DNA of 63,960 nt, filler included, from Octopus bimaculoides (lineage: Eukaryota): assembly GCF_001194135.2 (NCBI RefSeq). It is 6 parts of 5 records of this genome, joined end to end, with 100 filler letters (N's around TTAATTAATTAA, not from the genome) between each part and the next. Parts side by side here need not be neighbours in the genome. Positions count along the whole stretch, not along the records: positions 19,371 to 46,654 come from NC_068986.1; 5 more parts are not named here. One strand, written 5' to 3'. The position numbers and the translations under genes were made by a program. The notes under the pieces were generated by a model, which saw only the letters and a list, made by a program, of their open reading frames with translations, was not told where the DNA came from and did no database searches. Shown in pieces: positions 27,401 to 41,798 of the stretch. Position 1 is the first letter of the stretch. Each line of letters starts with the position of its first letter.

Positions 27401-30400
27401 GTATGTTCATGATTTTCTTCGTTTCACCTCCAAATAATACTAACTATCATTTAATTCCAAGAGATAGGTGATCGAAATTATTCTAGCTACGATGACAATC
27501 TCATTTCATATTTTCAAACAGGTTACATACTATAATTTTAAAAAGGTGGAGTTGATAAAAATTTGGATTTTATTTCTATGACGGCTTAGAAGCTCTCTTT
27601 TTAGCATGGACTTTCCTCTTTGAGACTTATGTATATTAGATTTTACTGTTGCTGCTTTGTCTGACGTCAACAGAGATCGAGTAAACGATCAGTTCTGACA
27701 TGGAGCTAAACAAACTACAGTCATAAATATTTTCATTATGAACGTCTGATTTTCCAGGCATTGTGTAAATCTATCCATCCCACTCAACATATATTCTCCA
27801 ACGTGTCCATTTCTGAAACAGGATTCATTTGATGGAATAAGCAATGCTATTTCTATCAGATTAAACAACCACATAAAGTAGCCATCATTGATACTTGGTT
27901 TTATGCTGACACATTTGAAGACAGTAAGCTTAATGGGAGAGGACAACAGCCAAGAAACATAGAAAATGGACGCCATTAGCGCAAGTGAATGTCTACGGTT
28001 TATTTCGCAAAAAATACTGAAAAAAATGTCGGACTGTTTAGTTTGGCTTTCCGGATGTGTGAAATTAATACCAGATTTCACTGTTTTTTTTTAATTCTAT
28101 ATCGTTAAATATACAAGTGCAGTAATTACGATTGAAGATACTTCATGATTTCAGGTCCAGGCCCACCTTGAGTAACTGTCGTCTACTACGGCCATGAACC
28201 GACCACTTCCTTATGAGTGAATTTGGCACGGATACTGTGCGGAAGTATGTTGCCCTGTATGTGTGCATGCGTGAGTGTGTGTTTCCGTTTGCTCCATCAA
28301 CTAACAATATGCGTTAATTTGTTTACCTCCTTGTAATTTAGCAGTTCAGAAAAGATACTGATAGAATGATTACCAGACTGTAAGAAAAAGGTACTGGCGT
28401 CGACGTGTTCCATGAAGAAAACACTTCAATGCATTGCCCCAGCAAGGCCGCAGTCCAACAACTGTAAAAAACGGAGAGATACAGAGATGAGTAAAGTATA
28501 TGAAAAATGCTTTCAGTTCAAAACCCTACGGCGGACCAATTTACTTTCCCCCACCGTGTCGACAAAACGAAGTACTGATCAAGTTCAGAAGATTTGCCCT
28601 ATGTGGTCTACACAGACCCACAAATATTCCAGTATTTAACTCTATAAGTCAAGCAGTTATGAGATTCATTCAAATTATTTTAGGTCCATCATTCAGAAAC
28701 AAGATATATATTTGACGATTTAAATAAAAATATCAGCTTCAATGTTTAACATAGACAAGCTAATTTGAGTTTCAGAACTTACAAAAACGTATTGAATTAA
28801 TCACACGTTTCTAGTAGTGGAGATTTTAACGTAGATCTGATAATAACATAGCAACATTAGCGGTGTATTCGTATTTAAATCATGAACAAATTGTAAATAT
28901 ATATTTAATGGTTTCATATATTTGTATATGAAACAACATCACGCTATAAATGACAAAGGCTTCCTCGTATTTTTAATGTTACTAATTCTTCAAAGAGTCT
29001 TTATCTCTTTTGCATCTAAATTAATAGATATAGTAAAATGAGTAATTTGTTATAGATTTCTTTGTTCTCTGAAATATATAAATATATGATACCCGGCCGA
29101 TCTTCTCAACTTCCAAAGATCTAAGGAGTTTTAAAAGCTTTATTCTTTATTCTTAAAGTATTTTTATGGGTTTTGTCTGGGAATATAAAATCATATCCAA
29201 TGATATCGCAGCTTAACAAATATATTAAATGCAAAACGCAAGAAGAAAAACAAACATATTCTCGTCAAATACGATAACACATTTTATACACGAATATAAA
29301 TGTGGATTAAATGCATACATAGTTAATTATAAATATTGTATAAGCTAATATATTTTTAAGGATAATTTAGGAGAAAAGACATATGCAAATTTCTAGTTTA
29401 TTTTGTACATAAATGCAGCACTGATGTGTATATATAGACATCTTCATATATTTAATAAGCTCACACAAATATGTGAATATCAAATTAAAATACTGTATGG
29501 TAGAAGACGCATGCAGCAATCTCCAGGAATTTTGAGAAAACTGACAAGGTTTCGATACTATTTATTATGATGGCGACACTTCTCATTAAATGTCGCAAAT
29601 AGTTCATCTTTTATTATTGGCTTCCGTCCATTTGAATTTATGGAATTTTGTTATTTGTAAAGTAAAAGAAACATAGCACATTAAGAAAAAACCGTATAAA
29701 CCGGTCTCTGAAACGCTTTACACTTTTGACACATAAATCAGGTAATGGGATTTATATATCACCATATAAAACGTGCAGAGTCAGCCAAGGGAATCAGTTT
29801 ATAAACGGAGAAGAAGCAACTCACAAGCTCCCTTTCTTTTGAACAGTTGTTATTTTTGTCGACGATAGAAAGTTACCGTAGAAACTATGACATCCACGGC
29901 AGGAACAATTATATACTTATACACACTTAGTGTTAAATTGAACAGTGCATGTAATTTAGACAATGATGTGTTCAGTAATTACAAAATATTTCCTTGAAAT
30001 CATATAGTCGCTTATATTTCATAGGACGAGGAACATTTAGATGTTGCTACGTTCATGCAATTTCCAGGAAATTTGACAGCGTAAGAACAGTGAAATAATT
30101 GCTGTTGATATTATAGTTAATAATTTGATCATATGCTTAGATGATTGACATTATATTATATATAACTAAAATAATTGAAACTGTAAATGGCTGGAAACTT
30201 AAATGCAAAATAGTATTTAGCATGCCCTAATATTTATCTTGTGGAGATATCATTTCAACATATACGCTTAAGTGTAGCCAGTTTTCCCATATGTTCATAC
30301 TTATATCAATCATCTCACCCTCGTCCTCCACGAAGATAGCAACAAATGCGGTGATTTCCTATAGGATAAATTTTCACATCAGTATAGGAAATAATTTTCC

Positions 30401-30799
30401 TCTATAAAGATAAATGAATATAATGTTAGAAGCTCGTACTGAAGTGTCACTCTTTTAGGACCCTGTTCATTATTGAATAACATGTCAACAAACAGATGAG
30501 AAAAACGTTTATGGTTGACATCTACTTTATTTAATAATCTATTGTAAGAAAAGTTTAAAGGCCTCGAAAGAACTACGCATAAAAAGTAAATATATTTTGT
30601 CTGCAATGTTTAAGGGGCCGATAGGCCTGTAATTACTTTGACAGTCACTACCTTTGTTCCCCTTCTCAGTCTTCTCTGTCATGTATATATATATATTTTT
30701 TTTATCAGAAGACTTCACTCTGATGGGGATAGCATTAGTTCTTGAAGATCGTTCAATTTTTCTCAAGCCATCAATGGACCGATTGAGTAAACCGTACAA

Positions 30800-31235
30800 T
30801 GTCGATTGGAAAGAGCTGTAAGTCGTATTTACTGCAATAAAGAATATGTAATGACCATTAGCATACCTTACCTTGAAATTTTGCAAACGAAAGTTCCACC
30901 ATTTATAAAAATCAAGCGGTGTACTTAGATCCAGCATGATAGAGCGCCATGCCATCACACAAGAACAGTAAAAACACTGGCTAAGCAATCCCGGGTATGA
31001 GATCTTGGATCCATGGCCAGGAAACTCTCCGGATCTCAACTCAATAAAGTATTGTTGTGTTATGCAGAACGTAAGAGCTCACCATCCAAAATCACTATCG
31101 GAGTTGAGAAGTGCCATCAAAGAAGTCTAGACTGTGGAGATAACACCTGATTTGTGCGAAAAAAATTGTGCTTATCAATGTTCAACAGAATTGACGCCGT
31201 GTTTTACAACAAAGAACAACATATAAAATACTTAA
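30800..31235 (+). mobile_element. Tc1-family transposase remnant (DD34E-type C-terminal half)
   Basis: Decayed translation YLEILQTKVPPF..IQHDRAPCH..WPGNSPDLNSI..LSELRSAIKEV, with stops and frameshifts. Confidence 0.85.
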
Positions 31236-31827
31236 GCACCGTTTGATGTTCATTTCTTATAATATTAAATCGGAATTTTGGAAAATTGTTGATTTCTTAC
31301 AAATCAAATAGTATTTTCGTCGGAAATATTCACTCTCTTATTTATAAAGTTTAAAAAAAATGTAGTGAATCATCCATTCTGGACATTGCCGAACCGCTAG
31401 GTTACGGGAACACAAGCATACTAACATCAGTTGTCAAACAGTGGTGATATNNNNNNNNNNNNNNNNNNNNNNNNNNNNNNNNNNNNNNNNNNNNNNNNNN
31501 NNNNNNNNNNNNNNNNNNNNNNNNNNNNNNNNNNNNNNNNNNNNNNNNNNNNNNNNNNNNNNNNNNNNNNNNNNNNNNNNNNNNNNNNNNNNNNNNNNNN
31601 NNNNNNNNNNNNNNNNNNNNNNNNNNNNNNNNNNNNNNNNNNNNNNNNNNNNNNNNNNNNNNNNNNNNNNNNNNNNNNNNNNNNNNNNNNNNNNNNNNNN
31701 NNNNNNNNNNNNNNNNNNNNNNNNNNNNNNNNNNNNNNNNNNNNNNNNNNNNNNNNNNNNNNNNNNNNNNNNNNNNNNNNNNNNNNNNNNNNNNNNNNNN
31801 NNNNNNNNNNNNNNNNNNNNNNNNNNN

Positions 31828-31876
<49 letters not shown>

Positions 31877-32112
31877 ATTTGTGTGTGTGTGTGTGTGTGT
31901 ATGCGTATATGTTTGTGTGTCTGTATTTGTCCTCCCCAATATCGCTTGACAACCGATGCTGGTGTGTTTACATCCCTGTAATTAGCGGTTCGGCAAAAGA
32001 GACCGATAGACTAAGTACTAGGCTTACAAAGAATAAGTCCTGGGGTCGATTTGCTCGACTAAAGGTGGTGCTCCAGCATGGCCGCAGTCAAATGACTGAA
32101 ACAAGTAAAAGA
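31828..32112 (+). mobile_element. SINE family A, 3' half (5' part probably in the N gap)
   Basis: Matches 24200-24400. Confidence 0.85.
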
Positions 32113-33394
32113 GTATTTTAATGACCATATTTGAATGCAAAATACTCAAGAAATGAAAATACAGAAGCAAAAGTTAATGAAGTAAAACCTGAAACATACG
32201 TAAACAAAATTCTTAGTGTTTCTAAAAACGAAATAAAACCTAATCTTTGAGACTTAATAATATTATATATTAAAACAGAGAATGCCTACAACGCCCATAT
32301 ATGTAACGTTAAATATAACATTGTTTTGTCTAAGAAATGAGATTCACGATTGTCGGTAGGGGAATACGAAACTGAGACAGAATGGTAACATTTATATGTT
32401 CCCCTCTGTCTCAATGAAGTAAATTTCGTTATCTGTTTCTATTTGGTTTCCATTTCCAGGACTCAAAAGCTACACTTATTTCAAGGATTCTTTATAATGG
32501 GATTCGGGAACACACGGAAGAACGCTATATACGTATGTATATTGTGTCAGCGTTTCAAAATCTAGTGCATGTTTGTGTCTGTACGTGTTTTCATATCTCT
32601 TCCTCTGTGCGTTAGTGCGCACAGGTCTATAGTTTAATGCAACAACATATTCTATATACGCTGCACACATGTATGTGCGTGTATGTGTGGGTGTGTTTAT
32701 GTATTGCATTTGTCTAAATGCGTATACGACTTGTTCATGTTTCCTCTCTGTGTGTCTACACTTTTGCACTTCTGTCAGCGTTTCTGTGATTGATATGTAT
32801 GTATCCTGTTTGTGCCTACACCTTACGTTTCTAAAAGCTTGTGAGTTTGTCTCATTCCGTGTGTACATTTATGTATTTGTGTGCCTTTGCATTACATTTT
32901 ATTCTCGCTTTTCCATGCATTGAAAACAATTATTTTCCCCCATTTTGATAAAATAAGGAACAAAATTGTTTGTTTTGAGGGTTAGGGCCCTAAAATTTAA
33001 TGGAGATGGTTTTCACAGAAAATGTGTTTTAGGGGACATTAGTTGAAACATTATGTCGCTAAAGTGGATCATTTGCTTTTCAAAATTCATAGGAATAAAT
33101 GTTCTGAATATTAATAGCATATAAATTATGTTTGTGCCGTTGCTGTTTGAATTTAATATAAATTTGTTTATTTCATAATATTTTCATACATCAACACCAC
33201 CCCCACCAAAAAACGAAAAAAAAAAAAACTTGCACAAAAAACAATATAGCAGCCTCTAATGTAAGACAAATATCAACATATTGTTTCAACTTAACTGTTT
33301 TAATACGCCAAAGAAAAGGCCCATCAGTGTAATTTCCAAGAGCAATAACCAAGAAAAACAACAACAAATACAAGAATTATACTTGCAATAATAA

Positions 33395-33570
33395 TATTAT
33401 TTCAAATATTGGCACACTCCCAGCAAATTTTGAGGGAAGGGATTAGTCGATATCATTGAACATAGTACTTGACTGATACTTTATCTTACCGATCCCAAAA
33501 GGATGGCAGTTGATCTCGACGGAATTTCAGCTCAGACTATAAATATTTGGAAGAAATACCTTCTGATATT
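33395..33570 (-). mobile_element. SINE family B, decayed
   Basis: ttagtcga..catagtacttgactg..cccaaaaggatg..cggaatttcagctcag is the reverse complement of family B. Confidence 0.55.
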
Positions 33571-33635
33571 TTGTCCTATGATTGAACATGTCTGCATTTC
33601 CAAGAAAATAAATTATTAATTACAATAATAATAAG

Positions 33636-34008
33636 AACAAGAGTATTCAAAGAGCGCAAGCCTCCGTCAAGGCAACACCAACGTCCTCTCAACGATTAGA
33701 CGGAGATAGCTTTTAAAATGAGAATATCTGAAAAAAACTCGATTACTCTCACAAATGAAAATACTGAAAATGAACCCAACCGCTCTCAAAAATTAAGTAA
33801 AAAAAAAAAAAGCGGAAAAATAATCCAGAATCCTTGTCCGCTACCGGATGGATCCCAAAATCTAATTCGTTCGTGACAGTCACGAGGCCAGACATCCCTG
33901 AAAGTTTCCTTGGAATCCATCCAGCGGTTTTTAGTGATATCTTGTCCACGGACCAAAAAGCAAATGCAACTAAAAACGATACCTCCACCTTCGCTAAGGC
34001 GGAGGTAA
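33636..34008 (+). mobile_element. Helentron-associated non-autonomous element (HINE/Pearl-like)
   Basis: Starts aacaagag..gagcgcaagcctccgtcaagg. Subterminal inverted repeat with 3' aaggcggaggt; 3' hairpin acctccacctt-cgct-aaggcggaggt (33981-34006). Confidence 0.6.
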
Positions 34009-34480
34009 TAATTACAAATTTTGGCACAAGACCAGCAAGTTCGGGAAAGGGGGTTAGTCGATTACATCAAACCCTGTATTCAACTATGTGTGTTGGTGTA
34101 TTCCATACAGTATTATCTTGTTCAGAATATTTAACATTCATAATGTCTTAATATTCCAAAGACCTCCTTTGTGCTAGTCGAATCTAGTTCTGAATGCGGA
34201 TTACGTAATCGGGGCTCAACAAATATTAATGCTTATGATTATGAGGTTCAAAGATGATAAACCTTCTTATATTTCATAAAATATGTTGCCTAATCCACTA
34301 ATACATTTATCCACTTTACCTTACAGGACGTTTTGGTTGCGATCAATGTTCAAAAATGACCTGAGAGCTAGATACTAGCAATCCAGTCCTACTTCGTCGA
34401 GATGTGTGTGCGCGCACATAGATAGCTATATAAATTTTCGTGTATTGATAATATTTTATGCTTGTTTGACTGTCTTTCTG

Positions 34481-34614
<134 letters not shown>

Positions 34615-35030
34615 AGCTTGCTCTGATTCTAACTAACCCTGACAACTTCTTGTCAGATATGCTTTTCCGTGCATGAGTATGTAACTGGCATTTGAGCCCG
34701 AAGAACAGTCTAAAATTTGCATGACAGATAGTGAAGATTTGTCTCGCCTCAAGTGACAGTGCTGTTTGTCTTTTCTGATTTGTGGATAGTAAACGTCAGT
34801 TTAGACCAATGTGGGATTTACATGTCATATAAGGAAACCCCGCAGAATTTATATGTCATACGAATGTATCAACGTAAATGAATTTCGTGTCATTTGAGTC
34901 AGCTGCACGATGAGTTCTGAAACGTCAAGTTAAGCCAGGCTTAGATAAGCAAGTCTTACTACACACACTCACATACACACGTACATACATACACACGTAC
35001 ATACCCACACACACATACATACATGCATAT

Positions 35031-35064
<34 letters not shown>

Positions 35065-35172
35065 CCATACGGTTGAGATGGTATTGACTGTTAAAATATA
35101 TTATTACTTTTGCCTCAATATCGTTGACGTGCATAATCATTGATGTTGATGTAGATGTACATTTGTAATTAC

Positions 35173-35203
<31 letters not shown>

Positions 35204-35626
35204 NNNNNNNNNNNNNNNNNNNNNNNNNNNNNNNNNNNNNNNNNNNNNNNNNNNNNNNNNNNNNNNNNNNNNNNNNNNNNNNNNNNNNNNNNNNNNNNNN
35301 NNNNNNNNNNNNNNTATGTAAATGAAATATTCAAACACTGAGATTTGAAGTTAGATGTCACTACTGTTCATATTATCTGTGGATAAATTCAATATTTGAT
35401 GATATCACCAGTAGTAGCATGGGTGGAACGCAGTTATGATAGCTTTAAGGAGCTATGAAATATAAAGTTGCACGAAGTGTAATGATGCTTAATGAACATC
35501 TACCTGCTAGACATAAGAGCTAAGTCTTAAATAATCCACTGTAGCGCACCAATATAACAGAGAAAAACAGTATGCGAGGAAAACAGAAAGAATTAAAACA
35601 TTTAACAGCACAAATAAAAATATTAT

Positions 35627-35702
<76 letters not shown>

Positions 35703-38700
35703 ATTGGTCAGAGAATATTTACGGAAATATTTTAGTAGATGTGTAAGAAATTTTAATATTTTACGAATTGTGAAATTTTTCATATTTCAAGATTTATAAA
35801 AACTGTTTCAATGGGAGTTTCAAAATGTTTTATGTTGCTTTTAGAATTTTTAAAACGGTGCATTTAGCAACTCAGTATATGTCTTCATAGATTCGATTAA
35901 TGTTGTAACATAATTCCTTCAATGTTTTACATTTATGTGTGTAGTCGGTTCTGTTAAATTCTCCTTATACTGTTTGGTTGTCTCTTTAAAACATTTTTCA
36001 TGTAAAGAAAAGTTAGTTTTTACTAAAAATATATTTCAATCAAATTCGCAATAACATTGTTAGGGTGAATGAATAATTTATAAATGCATTGAAGGTTGAT
36101 ATATGTAATTATTGTTTTATATATATCATGACTAACTATGTTATAAACTGCATCAGAAAAATTGACGGAAGAGTTTTAATTGTATTGAATACATTGAAAA
36201 AAAAATGTGGAGGTTCTTACAGCCTGGTGTGTTAAAAATATATACTCCTAAGTCGTAATCATGATATAACCCCCACCGGCCCAGAAATTGTATTTTTGCC
36301 AGATGAATATCTTACAGAAAAAGTTGGCATTTATAAATATATTAAAAACAAATCAATTTTTGGAAAAAATATTCAGTTCCCGCAAATTGGTAGTTATGTA
36401 AAACTAATTTGTCATCTCGATATGATCATCTAAAGATTGACAGGAATATGTCACGCAGGACATTGCAAATATGCAATTCAATATTGTCCCTGGTGGCAGT
36501 CGAGGATTTTGAAATCAATCGTACTGGCGTCGAAGAACATGTTTTTTCTGTCTTAATATTTTTATTTTGCAAGGCAATATATTTTAAGCTTGTAATATAA
36601 TCACAATGTGTATTCTCTTAATAAACGTGATTAATTGCACTTCGTTAAGAACAGCTATAAGGTGATTATAAAGTATTAATCTTTTATAATAACAAGAAAC
36701 AGTATTGGCAGTTTCTTTTAGTCTTTCTATCGTCAACAAGAGTATTACTGAATTATTATTATTAAGAGTTAAATGCGCTTTAAGCTTGATATGAGAAACT
36801 ATTGTGTCTAATGTTACTTGTACGCTGATCCTAATTGACTTAAACGTTTTCTCCGCTAAAACAAACATGTTTCTAATTCAATAATACTAATGTTCAATAA
36901 ATAAAGAAAATTACTCTCTTAGCAACTACTATTTTATACACGTAAATGCTATTGATATGACTCCGTTCTAAACAAATAAACAACTCTTTTCTCAAACTGT
37001 GCATGTTTTATTTCCATATCTTTGTACACTTTAACATGTATGAAGACACTTTGCTTGGAATTAAGAAGCAATTTTAAACTTAACATATTGACTCTCAGGT
37101 CGTTTTAGCACGTGTTACAAATACATTTACACACATATTTTTACTGACCACTAAAGAATATATTTATACATCCACCTTTCACAAATGAATATATTTATCC
37201 ACACATATTTCACTAAAGAAATGCTGCAATAAATAATGTTATCTGAAGATTTACAAGTTATGCGTTTATTTAGGTGTATTTCCCTGTTTTTTAAGATTTT
37301 ATCTTCTAAAATACCATAAATTTCGGTGGCTTTAAATCGATACGTTCAGATTGTACTTAATACATTTGTATTTCTTTATGCATAATAAATTCACTGTTTT
37401 TCGAAACCAATATCCCAAAGTTATCTCACTTTCACACATCCATCACGGAATAAATTCTCTATAGATTAAAATTTTACATGTAAACGTTCTTTTAAATTGC
37501 AACGGTAGCTATTGATCATATGTTTTACTTAAAATTTAATAATCAAAAGAAAATTTATTCCTTTACATTATTCACACACAGGAACACAGACACACAGACA
37601 CACACACACATGCACACACATGCACAAACACACGCACACATATAGTCACACACAAACACAGAGTCACGCACACAGAAGCAGACACTCACACACACATATA
37701 TACAAACAGTATAAATTTAAAGTATGTCTCGAAGATAACACTTGTTTCCCTTCGTTGGTTCATAGAACTAATAACGGCAATCGTAAATTTGCGGAAATCT
37801 TATTATTTCTATTCCTATTTTGTCAGGTTGTGCCAGATTACACACACACACACACACACACACANNNNNNNNNNNNNNNNNNNNNNNNNNNNNNNNNNNN
37901 NNNNNNNNNNNNNNNNNNNNNNNNNNNNNNNNNNNNNNNNNNNNNNNNNNNNNNNNNNNNNNNNNNNNNNNNNNNNNNNNNNNNNNNNNNNNNNNNNNNN
38001 NNNNNNNNNNNNNNNNNNNNNNNNNNNNNNNNNNNNNNNNNNNNNNNNNNNNNNNNNNNNNNNNNNNNNNNNNNNNNNNNNNNNNNNNNNNNNNNNNNNN
38101 NNNNNNNNNNNNNNNNNNNNNNNNNNNNNNNNNNNNNNNNNNNNNNNNNNNNNNNNNNNNNNNNNNNNNNNNNNNNNNNNNNNNNNNNNTATATATATAT
38201 ATATATATATGTATGTGTATACACATATATACGTGTGTGTGTAAGTAGCGTATAATATAATCGATTTAAAAGATGCCTGATTACGATAACAACAAAAATG
38301 TTATTCAAATTTTCCCTAGTATGTTAAGTATATATATTTTATGTCTAAACATTTTTACTTGCAGTGTATTTCTTGAAATAATCGTAAAGAATAATATTTT
38401 TCCTGAGATTAATAATCACTAATTCTGTTATTCTGTTATTCTTATCAATGTCTTCGTTTATTTCCTTTTCTTAGCGAGTTTCATGAAATATGTTGAGTAT
38501 TACCACTAATACTGTCATATATTTCCATTTCGTAAACCAATTGAATAATTAATTAAACTTAAAATATTTATCAATATACATTTTTTTTTTGCTAACGTTT
38601 AAAAGAAATGCTGACTTTTCATCTCAAAATTCTTTTGGAACTTTACTACTTTGAAAAATATAGACCAGAAATTTAAAGAAAAAAAAAACAAGACTCCATA

Positions 38701-39199
38701 TTAGACGTTCTATTAAAATAGTGTAAACTTTATTTTAAATCACCAGTTTTAAATAATTTTACATACGATGATACTAATGAAAATAAACTTTGGATGAAAT
38801 GAAAAAAAAACATCGTCTCATATAAATAAGCTTACCATCATAGTATATATAACATTAGAACCAGTTACACTGGACAACAAAATGAATGTTTTATTCTTAG
38901 AGCTGTTTTACACTAATGTTTGGGTGATGATTTCAAAACTAACCTCAGAATTGTTCTACCACATCGCATTTATTTACCATCGGTGTATCCATCAATATAT
39001 CCATCAATATATCCATCAATATATCCATCAGTATATTTACCTGGATTATACAAAGCCTTTACACCACTATTCGTGAGAATTTTAGCTGGATTGTCATGCT
39101 AATTTTGAATACGTTAAAACTGAGTTTTGCTTTAAATCCATTTTTCTTCTGTTCGGGTGTAAACTGAACCACTGTGCTCTAGTTAGGGATTAACCATCA

Positions 39200-39960
39200 A
39201 ACAGAAGGAAGTGTTTTAATAACATCGATATCTTCTTTTACATTTGTGAAAACTTACCTTCAGAGGCTCAAAGGTGCAACATTAATACCTTTGCAAAGTG
39301 TGTCTTGCTTACATTAAAATAGAACTTGGAGACCAGGACAAAACCTGGTCTCCCCACAAAGTAGCAAAATCTAGTTGTGACCATGATCTTTCACAAAGAA
39401 AGAATGCGAAGCTTAAGTTTGTGTGCCAATGGTTTGGAGAGAATCAACAGACTATGTGGATAACTGCTACTTCTGCCTTGATAATGTAAAAGGGTTCAAT
39501 ACAAAAACCAAACAACACATGCAATACCCAGATATCCCATCCACATGCTGAGCGGTTGCATACTCCGGGAAAATACTTGTGCCTGTATTTATTGCGGTGC
39601 CACATTTTGATGATGAAGCTCTCAATTCGCCTACTACTGATGAGGATGAACGGTTTATGCCATCTGATACAGACTGGGGTAATTTTTCTCCATGTAGTCA
39701 ACCTGAAATTCATTGATCTGGTCAGGGAATTGTATTTGCCTGAGCAGTCTGCTGAATCATTAGCTTCTTCTAGGCTGTCAGAGAAAAGACTGCTGAAATA
39801 TGGCATATGTATCTCCTTTTGTCGTAACAGAAAAATAGAACTGGAGGAGTACTTCCATTCAGAGGGTCAGCATGTTTATTGTAATGATGCTGAATGGCTT
39901 CTTCTCAATACACAACTGTCGGCTTACGATTCACGTGAGTGGAGACTTTTTATTAACCAC
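39200..39960 (+). mobile_element. Chapaev3-like (CMC group) transposase N-terminal remnant
   Basis: Frameshifted translations LGDQDKTWSPHKV, PMVWRES..DNCYFC, YPDIPS, DLVRELYLPEQSAESLASSRLSEK, VYCND, EWRLFI match the recalled Chapaev3 transposase N-terminus. Cut off by a SINE. Confidence 0.7.
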
Positions 39961-39961
39961 G

Positions 39962-40265
39962 TGATTCCGGATTCAGTTACACTGCATGGCACCTTGGACA
40001 AGTTTCTACTACTACGGCCTCAAGCCGACAAAAGCCCCGTGAGTGGATTTGGTAGACGGAAACTCACAGAAGCCCGACGTATATAAATGTGTATACACCT
40101 GTGTCTGTGTCGGTGTGAGTCTTTGTGTCTGTGCTTCCCAACCTCTCCACCACCACCAACACCACCACCACCACCACCACTTTACATCCGGTGTTGGTGT
40201 GTTTACGTTCACATAACCTAGGAGTTGGGCAAAAGATCCCATAGAATAAGTGCTAGTTTTAAAAT
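39962..40265 (+). mobile_element. SINE family A, partial
   Basis: gcaccttggacaagt..gtgagtggatttggtagacggaaact.. Confidence 0.8.
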
Positions 40266-40396
40266 GAATGTCCTGAATGTTAAAAAAAAACATCGGCAGA
40301 TATGTTTGGGAGTTTGATATCTCTGTGAGATACATTCAAGATATATAATTTTATTGATGATGCTGGATAGTCGTTCATAATATAAGATCAATATAA

Positions 40397-40447
<51 letters not shown>

Positions 40448-41257
40448 NNNNNNNNNNNNNNNNNNNNNNNNNNNNNNNNNNNNNNNNNNNNNNNNNNNNN
40501 NNNNNNNNNNNNNNNNNNNNNNNNNNNNNNNNNNNNNNNNNNNNNNNNNNNNNNNNNNNNNNNNNNNNNNNNNNNNNNNNNNNNNNNNNNNNNNNNNNNN
40601 NNNNNNNNNNNNNNNNNNNNNNNNNNNNNNNNNNNNNNNNNNNNNNNNNNNNNNNNNNNNNNNNNNNNNNNNNNNNNNNNNNNNNNNNNNNNNNNNNNNN
40701 NNNNNNNNNNNNNNNNNNNNNNNNNNNNNNNNNNNNNNNNNNNNNNNNNNNNNNNNNNNNNNNNNNNNNNNNNNNNNNNNNNNNNNNNNNNNNNNNNNNN
40801 NNNNNNNNNNNNNNNNNNNNNNNNNNNNNNNNNNNNNNNNNNNNNNNNNNNNNNNNNNNNNNNNNNNNNNNNNNNNNNNNNNNNNNNNNNNNNNNNNNNN
40901 NNNNNNNNNNNNNNNNNNNNNNNNNNNNNNNNNNNNNNNNNNNNNNNNNNNNNNNNNNNNNNNNNNNNNNNNNNNNNNNNNNNNNNNNNNNNNNNNNNNN
41001 NNNNNNNNNNNNNNNNNNNNNNNNNNNNNNNNNNNNNNNNNNNNNNNNNNNNNNNNNNNNNNNNNNNNNNNNNNNNNNNNNNNNNNNNNNNNNNNNNNNN
41101 NNNNNNNNNNNNNNNNNNNNNNNNNNNNNNNNNNNNNNNNNNNNNNNNNNNNNNNNNNNNNNNNNNNNNNNNNNNNNNNNNNNNNNNNNNNNNNNNNNNN
41201 NNNNNNNNNNNNNNNNNNNNNNNNNNNNNNNNNNNNNNNNNNNNNNNNNNNATACAT

Positions 41258-41371
<114 letters not shown>

Positions 41372-41610
41372 ATATATATATATGTAAGTATATATGTAGG
41401 TATAAAGAGAGAGATGCATATATACATATGTATATATAGCTAGATAGATATGTACATATATATATTTATTTATATATGCAAATGTATATGCTATGTGTAT
41501 ATATATACTCATATATATGTATATCTATGTAACACTCTCACTTTCTCTCTGTGTCTCTCTCACATTATTTCTCTCTCTCTATCTCTCTATACATACACAC
41601 ACCCACACAC

Positions 41611-41642
<32 letters not shown>

Positions 41643-41741
41643 TGTATGTATGTATTATATATGCGCTCTCACAAATATACAAACGTATATAAAATGTTAT
41701 ACCTATCTCTCTCTCTCTCTATCTCTCTGTCTCTCTATCTC

Positions 41742-41798
<57 letters not shown>

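Noticed and set aside
27689-28081. 130-aa minus-strand ORF (MASIFYVSWLL...)
   Set aside because: No recognisable domain and no convincing splice sites; the length is compatible with chance.
38980-39035. 12-bp tandem repeat (tatccatcaata)x4, and 27-bp repeats at 58691, as CRISPR-like arrays
   Set aside because: Head-to-tail repeats without unique spacers, in a eukaryotic context.
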